Shown here: piece after piece, positions 8,310-16,512 of the stretch
Layout of the letters: every line of letters starts with the position of its first letter
Position numbering within the stretch: the first letter of the stretch is position 1
NCBI GenBank assembly: GCA_043822705.1
Contig: JBDRBK010000177.1
Span: forward strand, 1-21,099
From: Fidelibacterota bacterium
Lineage (GTDB): Bacteria > Fidelibacterota > Marinisomatia > Marinisomatales > TCS56
Direction: 5' to 3'
Length of the DNA stretch: 21,099 nucleotides
Notes under the pieces: generated by a model
The model's input: the letters and a program-made list of their open reading frames with translations, nothing else
Database searches by the model: none
Told to the model about the DNA's origin: nothing
Made by a program: the position numbers and the translations under genes

Positions 8310-9662
8310 ATGGATGTACTACTATTATCACGCCTGCAATTCGCCGTCACCATCGGCTTTCATTACATTTATCCGCCGCTCAGTATCGGTCTGGGTGTCC
8401 TGCTGGTCCTGATGGAAGCACTGTACCTGCGCACCGGAAACCAGCTCTATCACCAGATGAGCCGTTTCTGGGTCCGGATATTCGGTCTTACGTTTGCGGT
8501 CGGAGTGGCCACCGGGATTGTGATGGAATTCGAATTCGGGACCAACTGGTCGGCCTATTCCCGTTATGTGGGGGACATTTTCGGCAGCGCTCTGGCGGCG
8601 GAGGGTGTGTTCGCCTTTTTCCTGGAATCCGGTTTCCTGGCGATTCTGCTTTTCGGCTGGGACAAAGTGTCGCCGAAATTCCATTTTTTTTCGACCGTAA
8701 TGGTAGCCCTGGGAGCGCATTTCAGCGCTGTCTGGATCATCGTTGCCAACAGTTGGCAGCAAACACCGGCCGGTTATCATATCGTCGGTGAAGGACTGAC
8801 CGCCCGGGCGGAAATCACCGATTTCTGGGCGATGGTATTCAATCCGTCCACGGTCGACCGCCTGACCCATACCATCATGGGGGCCTGGCAGGCCGGGGCT
8901 TTCCTGGTCATCAGTGTGGCGGCCTGGTACCTGCTGAACAACCGCCATCGGGAATTTGCGCTGGCCAGCCTGCGCCTGGGACTGGCCGTTGCGGTCGTCG
9001 CTTCCCTGGGGCAATTGCTGACCGGCCATTCCGCCGCGCAGATGGTCGCCGAACAGCAACCGGCCAAACTGGCGGCTTTCGAAGGACATTACGACGCGGC
9101 GGCTCCCGGCGATATGTATCTGCTGGGCTGGGTGGATGAGCAGCGGGAGCAGGTGACCGGTATTAAAGTGCCCGGCATGCTGAGCTGGCTGATTTATGGT
9201 GATCCCGCCCGGCCGGTGACCGGGTTACGCCAGTTTACGGCAGCCGACCGACCGCCGGTAAACCTGGTTTTTCAGGCCTACCATTTGATGATCATTTGCG
9301 GTATGGCACTAATTGGCATCAGCCTGATCGGTTCCTGGTATTTTATCAGAAAAACCCTGGGTAATCAACGCTGGCTGTTGCTGATCCTGGTCGCCAGCGT
9401 CCTGTTGCCGCAGATCGCCAACCAGTTAGGCTGGCTGGCCGCCGAAGTTGGTCGGCAACCGTGGATTGTCTATAATCTTCTGCGCACCGCCGAAGGCCTG
9501 TCACCGGTGGTCAGTGCCCCGATGGTGCTGACATCGTTGATTTTGTTTTCCCTGATTTATCTATTGCTGTTCGTCCTGTTTCTATTCCTGCTGAACCGAA
9601 AAATCCAACACGGTCCTACCACAGAGGATTTGATCCGATCAACACAAGGGGCCGACCGGTGA
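8310..9662 (+). CDS. cydA: Cytochrome bd quinol oxidase subunit I (short Q-loop type)
   Basis: [54 protein letters not shown] and [12 protein letters not shown]. The Q-loop is about 80 aa. Confidence 0.97.
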   Translation: MDVLLLSRLQFAVTIGFHYIYPPLSIGLGVLLVLMEALYLRTGNQLYHQMSRFWVRIFGLTFAVGVATGIVMEFEFGTNWSAYSRYVGDIFGSALAAEGVFAFFLESGFLAILLFGWDKVSPKFHFFSTVMVALGAHFSAVWIIVANSWQQTPAGYHIVGEGLTARAEITDFWAMVFNPSTVDRLTHTIMGAWQAGAFLVISVAAWYLLNNRHREFALASLRLGLAVAVVASLGQLLTGHSAAQMVAEQQPAKLAAFEGHYDAAAPGDMYLLGWVDEQREQVTGIKVPGMLSWLIYGDPARPVTGLRQFTAADRPPVNLVFQAYHLMIICGMALIGISLIGSWYFIRKTLGNQRWLLLILVASVLLPQIANQLGWLAAEVGRQPWIVYNLLRTAEGLSPVVSAPMVLTSLILFSLIYLLLFVLFLFLLNRKIQHGPTTEDLIRSTQGADR

Positions 9663-10681
9663 TTCCCGACCTTAATACAATCTGGTTTTTCCTGGTAGGC
9701 ATCCTGTTCACCGGTTACGCCATTCTGGACGGCTTCGACCTCGGAATCGGCGCCCTGCACCTGTTCACCCGCGGCGACGATGAACGCCGGACCATGATCA
9801 ATTCCATCGGGCCGGTCTGGGACGGCAATGAAGTTTGGCTGATTACCGGCGGCGGCGCCCTGTTCGCCGCTTTTCCGGAGGCCTACGCTACGGTATTCTC
9901 GGGATTTTATCTGGCATTCATCCTGCTGCTGTTTTCGCTGATATTCCGGGCGATCGCGATCGAATTTCGCAGCAAACTGCCGCAGCTCTGGTGGCGTCGG
10001 TTATGGGATATCTGTTTCAGCGCCGGCAGCATCATGAGCGCCTTTCTGATCGGCCTGACGTTGGGCAATCTGATCCGCGGGATACCGCTTGACAGTCGAC
10101 ATGAGTTTGTAGGCAGCTTCATTGGATTGTTGAGTCCGTATGCCATAGCTGTAGGAATAACTACAGTTGCACTGTTTATGATGCATGGTTCTATTTATGG
10201 CGTACTGAAAACGGAAGGGGCCATTCAGGAAAAGATACTTGGCTGGGCAAAGAATACCGTTCTATTTTTTATAATCTGCTATGTTTTGATCACGGTGGTG
10301 ACACTGGTAGTCATGCCGCATTTCACCGAGCACATCCGTGCCAATCCCTGGCTGTTCACGATCGCCCTGCTGAATCTGCTGGCGATTGCCAATATACCGC
10401 GCCAGATTCACCGGGGACTGGTGTTCCGGGCTTTTCTCAGCTCAATCGCCAGCATCGCGGCCCTGATGCTGCTGTTCGGGATCGGGCTGTATCCCTATCT
10501 GGTGTACTCGCCCCAGGCGGTGGAAAACAGCCTGACGATCTACAACGCCGCTGCCAGCGAGCGGTCCCTGCGAATTATCCTGACGATCGCGCTGATCGGC
10601 ATGCCGCTGGTGGTCGCCTATACCGCCGGAATCTACTGGGTATTCCGCGGCAAAGTCCGGCTGGATGCCAACAGCTACTGA
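9659..10681 (+). CDS. cydB: Cytochrome bd quinol oxidase subunit II
   Basis: LDGFDLGIG, IGPVWDGNEVWL, GGALFAAFP, RAIAIEFR, LTIYNAAAS and YWVFRGK. GTG start overlaps the cydA stop (GTGA). Confidence 0.97.
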   Translation: MIPDLNTIWFFLVGILFTGYAILDGFDLGIGALHLFTRGDDERRTMINSIGPVWDGNEVWLITGGGALFAAFPEAYATVFSGFYLAFILLLFSLIFRAIAIEFRSKLPQLWWRRLWDICFSAGSIMSAFLIGLTLGNLIRGIPLDSRHEFVGSFIGLLSPYAIAVGITTVALFMMHGSIYGVLKTEGAIQEKILGWAKNTVLFFIICYVLITVVTLVVMPHFTEHIRANPWLFTIALLNLLAIANIPRQIHRGLVFRAFLSSIASIAALMLLFGIGLYPYLVYSPQAVENSLTIYNAAASERSLRIILTIALIGMPLVVAYTAGIYWVFRGKVRLDANSY

Positions 10682-10756
10682 TCTGGTGCCGACGATAGCA
10701 CAAGCACCGGATTGTGGCTGACAAAACGGCCGTGCCGGGGGATAATGGAGGCATGG

Positions 10757-13700
10757 TCACTGCGTTTTGGCGTTGCCGTTCGGTAGAGCCGTGACAGTAC
10801 TGAAATCACCTGCCAGATAGTTCAATACCGCCGCCATGACCGCATTACGGTCGCTGTCTTCTAAAATTGTTTCAAACGGAAAACCGAATACCACCACGCT
10901 ATAATCACCCTTATAGCCGACAGCGGCACCGTAATGGTTCTCATCGTAGCGGAGCAGAACCATGGATTGGTCCTTTATGGGAAGTAACGCATCGGGTGCT
11001 TCGACCGTGTAAAAATCAGGGTGGAACGTAGTATTGAAGGAAAAATCAAAAGCAAACGGCGCAAATGTCGTATCACTGGAAAAGACGCCACCGGTCCGCA
11101 CGGCCCGATCGCGCAGCAGGCGGAACTTCAGCCGGTCACGTATAAAGGCTTTGTCGGCCGGAACGCTGTTTTCGGACGACAGAATATCGGAGGCTACATG
11201 AGCGCCGGACACGAACAATCGACCGCCGGCGGCCAGGTACCCGGAGAGCTGGCTTTGCAGACGATCGGGGAAGGTTTTGAATTCCCGACCGTACTTGCGA
11301 TTACCGAAATCCTGGGGCCAGTCGGTTTCCCGTTCTTCACCCAGTATCAGATCGACCGCCAGATACCGACCCGGATCGACCAGACTGTCCATAACCGCTT
11401 CATCGCTGACGGATACGAAACCGTAACCGGCCGCCCGGATGGCCGCACCGTGAACCGCACTGAAATCATGGGTATTCCCGCGGACAATCCGTGTCTCGAA
11501 ATCGGAATCGCTGGCTCCGTGGCCGGGAGCGATATTTGAAATAAAGGTCGAGGCTGGATTGAAATCGTACTGCTTACCAGTATAGCTCAGATCAAAATTA
11601 TCGGCGACTCCGTTATCCAGATCTGAAAAACCGGCTGAACCGACTGAATTAACAACTACCGCTGGCGCCACACGGTCGAAACCGTTGATAATCAGGATGG
11701 CCGCCGAATCGCTTTCGGTCCGGCAGACTGTCAGCACCTCGGATGGGAAGCTGACTCCGCCGGCATTGACCGCCCGTACCTGGAATCCGTATACCACACC
11801 TGGTTCCAACTCATTAACAATATATTCCGGCTGGGCCGTCGGTCGGCCGTTGTCGAAAGCGTCCGTGCCGCGGCGACTGTACACGATATAACCGGTGGAC
11901 ATCGCGGTCGGCTCCAGCGGATCGCTGGCTGGGCGCCAGCGGAGAATAACACCGCTCCGGTCGTAAAATTCCGTCCGGAAATGTGTTACCGGCAACGGTT
12001 GCACTACGTAATCGCGCTCGTACTGGGTGGCGATAAATTTGAGGATCGCCTTGTAAATCGACCGGCCGGCGTCGAATTTGAAACGCGGATCGTTGGCGCA
12101 GCGCATATCGCTGAAATTCTGGTGGGACAGCAGTTCGATCAGGACCGCCGGTACATTCGGGCGATAGGCCTCGCTGTAATAGGAATTCATCAAGGCCCGG
12201 CGCGGCCACAGCGGATCGTATTTTAGCCGGATGTCGTTCACGATCTGGGTCTGCATGATGTCGGCCAGGTCGCGGTTGGCCAGCCGCGACATTCCGTCAG
12301 GGAACATCAAACTGGAATCCGTATCTTCGTAACTGTAGATCGCCAGGGTACCGATCGCCTGGTTGTTAGCGGTAATGCCGGCATCGGTGTGAAACGCCAG
12401 GGACACATCCACCGGAATCCCCAGTCCGGCGGCCGAACGATCCCGATTCGGGCCGTAAGGTGCTCCCCGTAGATAATTGACCCACTCGCCCCGGGATTGA
12501 TAATCATCGGTGTAATCGAGGGTGTCGGCATGGAGGTTGTAGACCAGCGTATCGTGAATTCCGGCATATTGCAGGTAATAGCGCGCCGCTTCCAGATACC
12601 GCGGCCGGCGGCTGATCTGTCCGGCGCGGGCCACATCGCCCATACCACCACCGAATTTGACGGCATCGGCCGAGATGATTTTACCGGCCTCGGCGCTGCG
12701 GTTGGTCAGCACTACTTTCCCGGAGTCGGGATGCCGGCCGGCGGCGAACTGAAATTTTCCCAGGTAGATCCAGGTACCACCGCCGATTTGCTGGTTCACC
12801 GAAAATTCGGTTTTCCCGCCCTGGTGATAAACAGTATAATGGGCGTCGTGAATGGCACTGTCACCGGATTGATAAGCAATCTGCACCGAATACCAGCCTG
12901 ACTCGGGGATGTCCGGAATCCATTCGGCAGTAGCACTGGCAGTGGTGTCGGCGTCGATCACCCGCTGCGTGCCCAGCAAGAAGGGGTTTACACCCGGCCC
13001 GTAGGGAGGTTGTCCCACGGCAAATGCGCTGTCGGGTGCAGTCCGCCAGACAGGTCCATCGACTGCTGTTTTCTCGGAATAAACACCGGCTGTCATCGGT
13101 GAATCATTGTCGATAAGCACTTCGTTCACCTGGGTATCCCGTTCCCGGGGGGTGAATACGGTGGCACCGGCATTTTCCAGCATCGGAATCAGGTAATTCA
13201 GGGTAAAAGTCATCGGCAGGATGTCCTCCACCGTTTGAAACAGGCGCGGGCGCTGCCAAGACCAGTGACCTTCCTGGTTGTTGTAGTACCAACCGTGACT
13301 GTGCCAGAGTGCTATTACGTTATCGGTGAGGCCGGCCGTTGGCTGAAAACCACGGTCCAGGTTCGTCGCGACCGCCGGCGGACGTTCTTGCACGGCTCCT
13401 GGTTTGCGCCGGTTATCGGCAGTTCCACCCTGGCGGTAAATATTTGGAATCAGGTTTTCGATCGGTTCACCCAGCGAGCACAGCGTCAATCGGTAATTAC
13501 GATAACGCCAGCCCAGCGATCGGCGATAAAGATCATGAATAACGGCTGTATTTTTGGCTCGAAATGGAACGTAGGAAAAATGTTTGCTGAAATTGACTTC
13601 GATCGTTCTGGCCTGCCGGTTGACGGTTATTTCCTGGATGCTGACATCCTTCAAATACTGGGGAGGGATTTGTCCGTCGACGCCCGATTTCAGGAATACC

Positions 13701-13831
13701 GCGGTTTTTTTATAGACTTTGCGGGTCGGTCGATCTAATTCCTTGAAGCCCGGATCGTTTTTCACCAAATTGATATTGGTGCATCCGCAGAGCAACGCCA
13801 CGACGGGTAACAGTATGGTAGAAGATTTCAT
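10757..13831 (-). CDS. Multidomain lipoprotein: Amidase_3-like zinc domain interrupted by a golvesin/CBM-like beta domain, then FN3 and an alpha/beta module (family often auto-labelled 'xanthan lyase')
   Basis: ATG at 13831 gives MKSSTILLPVVALLCGC (lipobox). Amidase_3-like ligand pattern: LWHSHG, FQTVED, LENAGATVFTPRE, LAFHTDA, PAVLIELLSH. Insert IDND...GWYSV...VNQQIGGGTWIYLG.F...ADAVKF. FN3 motifs LRW.P, GYIVY and LEPGVVYGFQVRAVNAGG.S..SE. Confidence 0.78.
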   Translation of the reverse strand: MKSSTILLPVVALLCGCTNINLVKNDPGFKELDRPTRKVYKKTAVFLKSGVDGQIPPQYLKDVSIQEITVNRQARTIEVNFSKHFSYVPFRAKNTAVIHDLYRRSLGWRYRNYRLTLCSLGEPIENLIPNIYRQGGTADNRRKPGAVQERPPAVATNLDRGFQPTAGLTDNVIALWHSHGWYYNNQEGHWSWQRPRLFQTVEDILPMTFTLNYLIPMLENAGATVFTPRERDTQVNEVLIDNDSPMTAGVYSEKTAVDGPVWRTAPDSAFAVGQPPYGPGVNPFLLGTQRVIDADTTASATAEWIPDIPESGWYSVQIAYQSGDSAIHDAHYTVYHQGGKTEFSVNQQIGGGTWIYLGKFQFAAGRHPDSGKVVLTNRSAEAGKIISADAVKFGGGMGDVARAGQISRRPRYLEAARYYLQYAGIHDTLVYNLHADTLDYTDDYQSRGEWVNYLRGAPYGPNRDRSAAGLGIPVDVSLAFHTDAGITANNQAIGTLAIYSYEDTDSSLMFPDGMSRLANRDLADIMQTQIVNDIRLKYDPLWPRRALMNSYYSEAYRPNVPAVLIELLSHQNFSDMRCANDPRFKFDAGRSIYKAILKFIATQYERDYVVQPLPVTHFRTEFYDRSGVILRWRPASDPLEPTAMSTGYIVYSRRGTDAFDNGRPTAQPEYIVNELEPGVVYGFQVRAVNAGGVSFPSEVLTVCRTESDSAAILIINGFDRVAPAVVVNSVGSAGFSDLDNGVADNFDLSYTGKQYDFNPASTFISNIAPGHGASDSDFETRIVRGNTHDFSAVHGAAIRAAGYGFVSVSDEAVMDSLVDPGRYLAVDLILGEERETDWPQDFGNRKYGREFKTFPDRLQSQLSGYLAAGGRLFVSGAHVASDILSSENSVPADKAFIRDRLKFRLLRDRAVRTGGVFSSDTTFAPFAFDFSFNTTFHPDFYTVEAPDALLPIKDQSMVLLRYDENHYGAAVGYKGDYSVVVFGFPFETILEDSDRNAVMAAVLNYLAGDFSTVTALPNGNAKTQ

Positions 13832-14063
13832 ATTCACCGATTTAGTTGAATTCCATGTGATTAACGAGACCGAAATTAATAATGATCGCGGCAAACACCG
13901 GGAATTTAGCTGGAGTGACAGTGAATCCGAGAATGTCCGGCAGTCATTCTATTACTGATAATGATCCGCCGGAATGGTTAAATTCATGCTGTCTGGAGAA
14001 CTTGGCAATGTGGACTTCAATTAATGTTTTGGGCAGATTAAAATGGAATGGAAAGTCGAATAA

Positions 14064-16004
14064 TTGAAGCTGCAGAATAAATCATTTCTGGGATTGTCGG
14101 TCATATTCATTTTATTGGCATTTATCGTCGGTATGGCCGGTTATTTCTGGGTCAATTACAACACTATTCAGGCCGCTGAAGAACGGGTCAGTCTCTACAT
14201 GCGCAACAGTTGGGCCATCTACTGGAACAAGGCTGAGCATTTGCAGACCTCCGCTGAAATCATGGCGGAAAAGCAGTCGATCCGGGAATTATTGAAACAT
14301 CCCGGCGATTCGGAATTGTCCCAGGCGATCGGCAATGAGCTGAAAGAGCTGCGCGAACGGACTGGTATCGACATCATTACGCTGCTCGATACTACTGCGC
14401 GGGTGCTGATCAATACCCAGTACCCCTTTCGGACGGGATTCGAAATGAAAGACGATCCGCTGGTCCGCCAGGTGCTGCGGGAACGGCGGAGCACCAGCGG
14501 CACGGTCATATTCGACCGCCAATTGTTAGGCCAGTTGGGTCCGGCCCTGGCGGAGCGCTGCGGCCTGTGCGGGGACGGCCAGAATGGCATGGTATTGGCG
14601 ACTGTTGTGCCTGTCAGCGAAAATGGTAAAGTTATCGGTCTGTTGCAGTTGGGCGGCCTGCTGAACGGTTCTACCGATAAAGTTGATCGAATCCGCGATG
14701 CTGTTTTTGCCAATGAAATTTACCGTGACAAACCTTTGGGCACGGCTACGATTTTCATGGGTGACCGGCGGATTTCGACTAATGTTGCCGGACCGGACGG
14801 GGACCGGGCCCTGGGAACCAGGGTATCGCCCGAAGTTGCCGAAAAAGTTCTGCGGCAGGGCGAATCCTGGACCGGCCGCGCCTGGGTCGTCGACACCTGG
14901 TATCTTTCACGATATGACCCGATACGGAACCCCGACGGAACCGTGATCGGTATTTTGTACGTCGGCGAACTGGAACAGAAATACCTCGATCTGCGCCAAA
15001 AAACATTGATCGTACTGATCGGAATAATCCTGTTGGTGATGATCCTGGCACTCGCCGTATTTTATTTCATCAATCGCGGCATACTGAATCCGCTGCAACG
15101 CCTGCTGGTAGCTACTCGACGCCTGGCCGGCGGTGATTTCAGTCATGAGATCGAACTGGCGGCTAACGACGAAATCGGCCTGCTGACCGAATCATTTAAC
15201 AGTATGACACGGCAATTGCACGACCAGCAAACAAAGATACTGGAACAGCAGCAAAAACTGGAACAGTCCAACCGGGACCTGCAGACGACCAACCACAATT
15301 ATATGGAAATGCTGGGGTTCGTCAGTCACGAACTGAAAAATCCGTTGGCTTCCGCCACAATGAGTCTGCATACGGTAAAAGACGGCTACCTGGGTGTGCT
15401 GAATCCGGCCCAGGAAAAATCATTGACGATGGTGGGAAAAAGCCTGGATTATTTCAGTGATATGATAACCAATTATCTGGATCTGTCACGCCTGGAAAAG
15501 GGTGAACTGCGAACCCGCATCAAGCCTGTTCCGATTAACAAGGAAGTGCTCGAACCGGTAATCGATGGTCTGCGTCGGGGAATGGAGGAAAAGGGCTATA
15601 AATTTTCCAACCTGGTAGATGACGACCTGACTCTGGTGACAGATCGCGATCTGCTGAAAATCGTATTTGATAATCTGCTGTCGAATGCAATTAAATACGG
15701 CCGGGAAGGCGGCAGGATCGATTTCACCGTCGAACGGACCGCTTCGGGCGTCAGTTTAAGTGTTTACAATGAAGGTGAAGGTATCGAGCCGGAGAAGATA
15801 TCACAACTGTTTCAGAAATTCAGCCGACTGGACAACAAAGCCTATTCCGGCAAGAAGGGCACCGGGTTGGGGTTGTACATCTGTCGGGAAATCGTCAATA
15901 AATTAGGGGGCCGGATCAATGTGGAATCGAAGGTCGGCCAATGGACCAGATTTGTCGTAACACTGCCGGTAAACTCAGAGGAGAATCATAATGAAAACCG
16001 CTAA
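14064..16004 (+). CDS. Membrane sensor histidine kinase (periplasmic Cache domains, HAMP, HisKA, HATPase)
   Basis: Two transmembrane helices. Cache-type ATIFMGDRRISTNV...RALGT...YDPI...IGILYVG. HAMP PLQRL...DEIGLL..SFNSM. H-box SHELKNPL, N-box NLLSNAIKY, G-boxes GEGI and GTGLGL. TTG start is uncertain. Confidence 0.93.
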   Translation: MKLQNKSFLGLSVIFILLAFIVGMAGYFWVNYNTIQAAEERVSLYMRNSWAIYWNKAEHLQTSAEIMAEKQSIRELLKHPGDSELSQAIGNELKELRERTGIDIITLLDTTARVLINTQYPFRTGFEMKDDPLVRQVLRERRSTSGTVIFDRQLLGQLGPALAERCGLCGDGQNGMVLATVVPVSENGKVIGLLQLGGLLNGSTDKVDRIRDAVFANEIYRDKPLGTATIFMGDRRISTNVAGPDGDRALGTRVSPEVAEKVLRQGESWTGRAWVVDTWYLSRYDPIRNPDGTVIGILYVGELEQKYLDLRQKTLIVLIGIILLVMILALAVFYFINRGILNPLQRLLVATRRLAGGDFSHEIELAANDEIGLLTESFNSMTRQLHDQQTKILEQQQKLEQSNRDLQTTNHNYMEMLGFVSHELKNPLASATMSLHTVKDGYLGVLNPAQEKSLTMVGKSLDYFSDMITNYLDLSRLEKGELRTRIKPVPINKEVLEPVIDGLRRGMEEKGYKFSNLVDDDLTLVTDRDLLKIVFDNLLSNAIKYGREGGRIDFTVERTASGVSLSVYNEGEGIEPEKISQLFQKFSRLDNKAYSGKKGTGLGLYICREIVNKLGGRINVESKVGQWTRFVVTLPVNSEENHNENR

Positions 16005-16386
16005 ACATATTCTGATCATAGATGACGATGTGCAACTGGTCGATTCAGTTCAAACCTTGCTGGAAAGTGTCGGCTATTCCGTTTCATTTGCCTATCAGCA
16101 GGAAGCCGGTATCCGGCTGGCCAAGGAGTTGAAACCCGACCTGATATTACTGGATGTTATGTTTGCCGGTCCACCAGGACCGGATGGTTTCGAAGTATCG
16201 CGGATATTTCATCAGAATATTGAGTTGAAAGAAATCCCGATAATAATGTTGTCCGGCGTTCGCCGGGCTCTGGACCTGCCGTTCCTGCTGAGTCCGGATG
16301 AAACCTGGATGCCCGTTCGGGCCTTTTTGGAAAAACCGGTCAAACCGGAGGTCTTATTGAATAAGATCAAGGAAGTTCTGGCCTGA
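15991..16386 (+). CDS. Single-domain response regulator (receiver only)
   Basis: ILIIDDD, PDLILLDV (phospho-Asp), IIMLS and LEKP. GAGGAG RBS upstream. Overlaps the kinase end. Confidence 0.93.
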   Translation: MKTAKHILIIDDDVQLVDSVQTLLESVGYSVSFAYQQEAGIRLAKELKPDLILLDVMFAGPPGPDGFEVSRIFHQNIELKEIPIIMLSGVRRALDLPFLLSPDETWMPVRAFLEKPVKPEVLLNKIKEVLA

Positions 16387-16512
16387 TATTTTTACCCGTC
16401 CGAATGGTCTCGGCTGCCGAGAATTGCTGCGGTCGCACACTGAGTATTTTATTTATTTTGTCTAAATAACGGGATATTTTCACCGGTAGAAATCAACCGG
16501 GGACCAGCTTAA

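Noticed and set aside
10681..10712. ATCTGGTGC-N14-GCACCGGAT hairpin after cydB as a terminator
   Set aside because: Long loop, one G-U pair and no U-tract. Possible but too weak to call.
13799..13819. TILLPVV in the amidase signal peptide resembles TILIPVV in the GH18 signal peptide
   Set aside because: A short hydrophobic low-complexity match with different codons. Chance cannot be excluded.
13832..13894. Longer start (1045 aa) for the amidase-like gene
   Set aside because: ATG at 13831 gives a typical lipoprotein signal; the 21-aa extension disrupts it.
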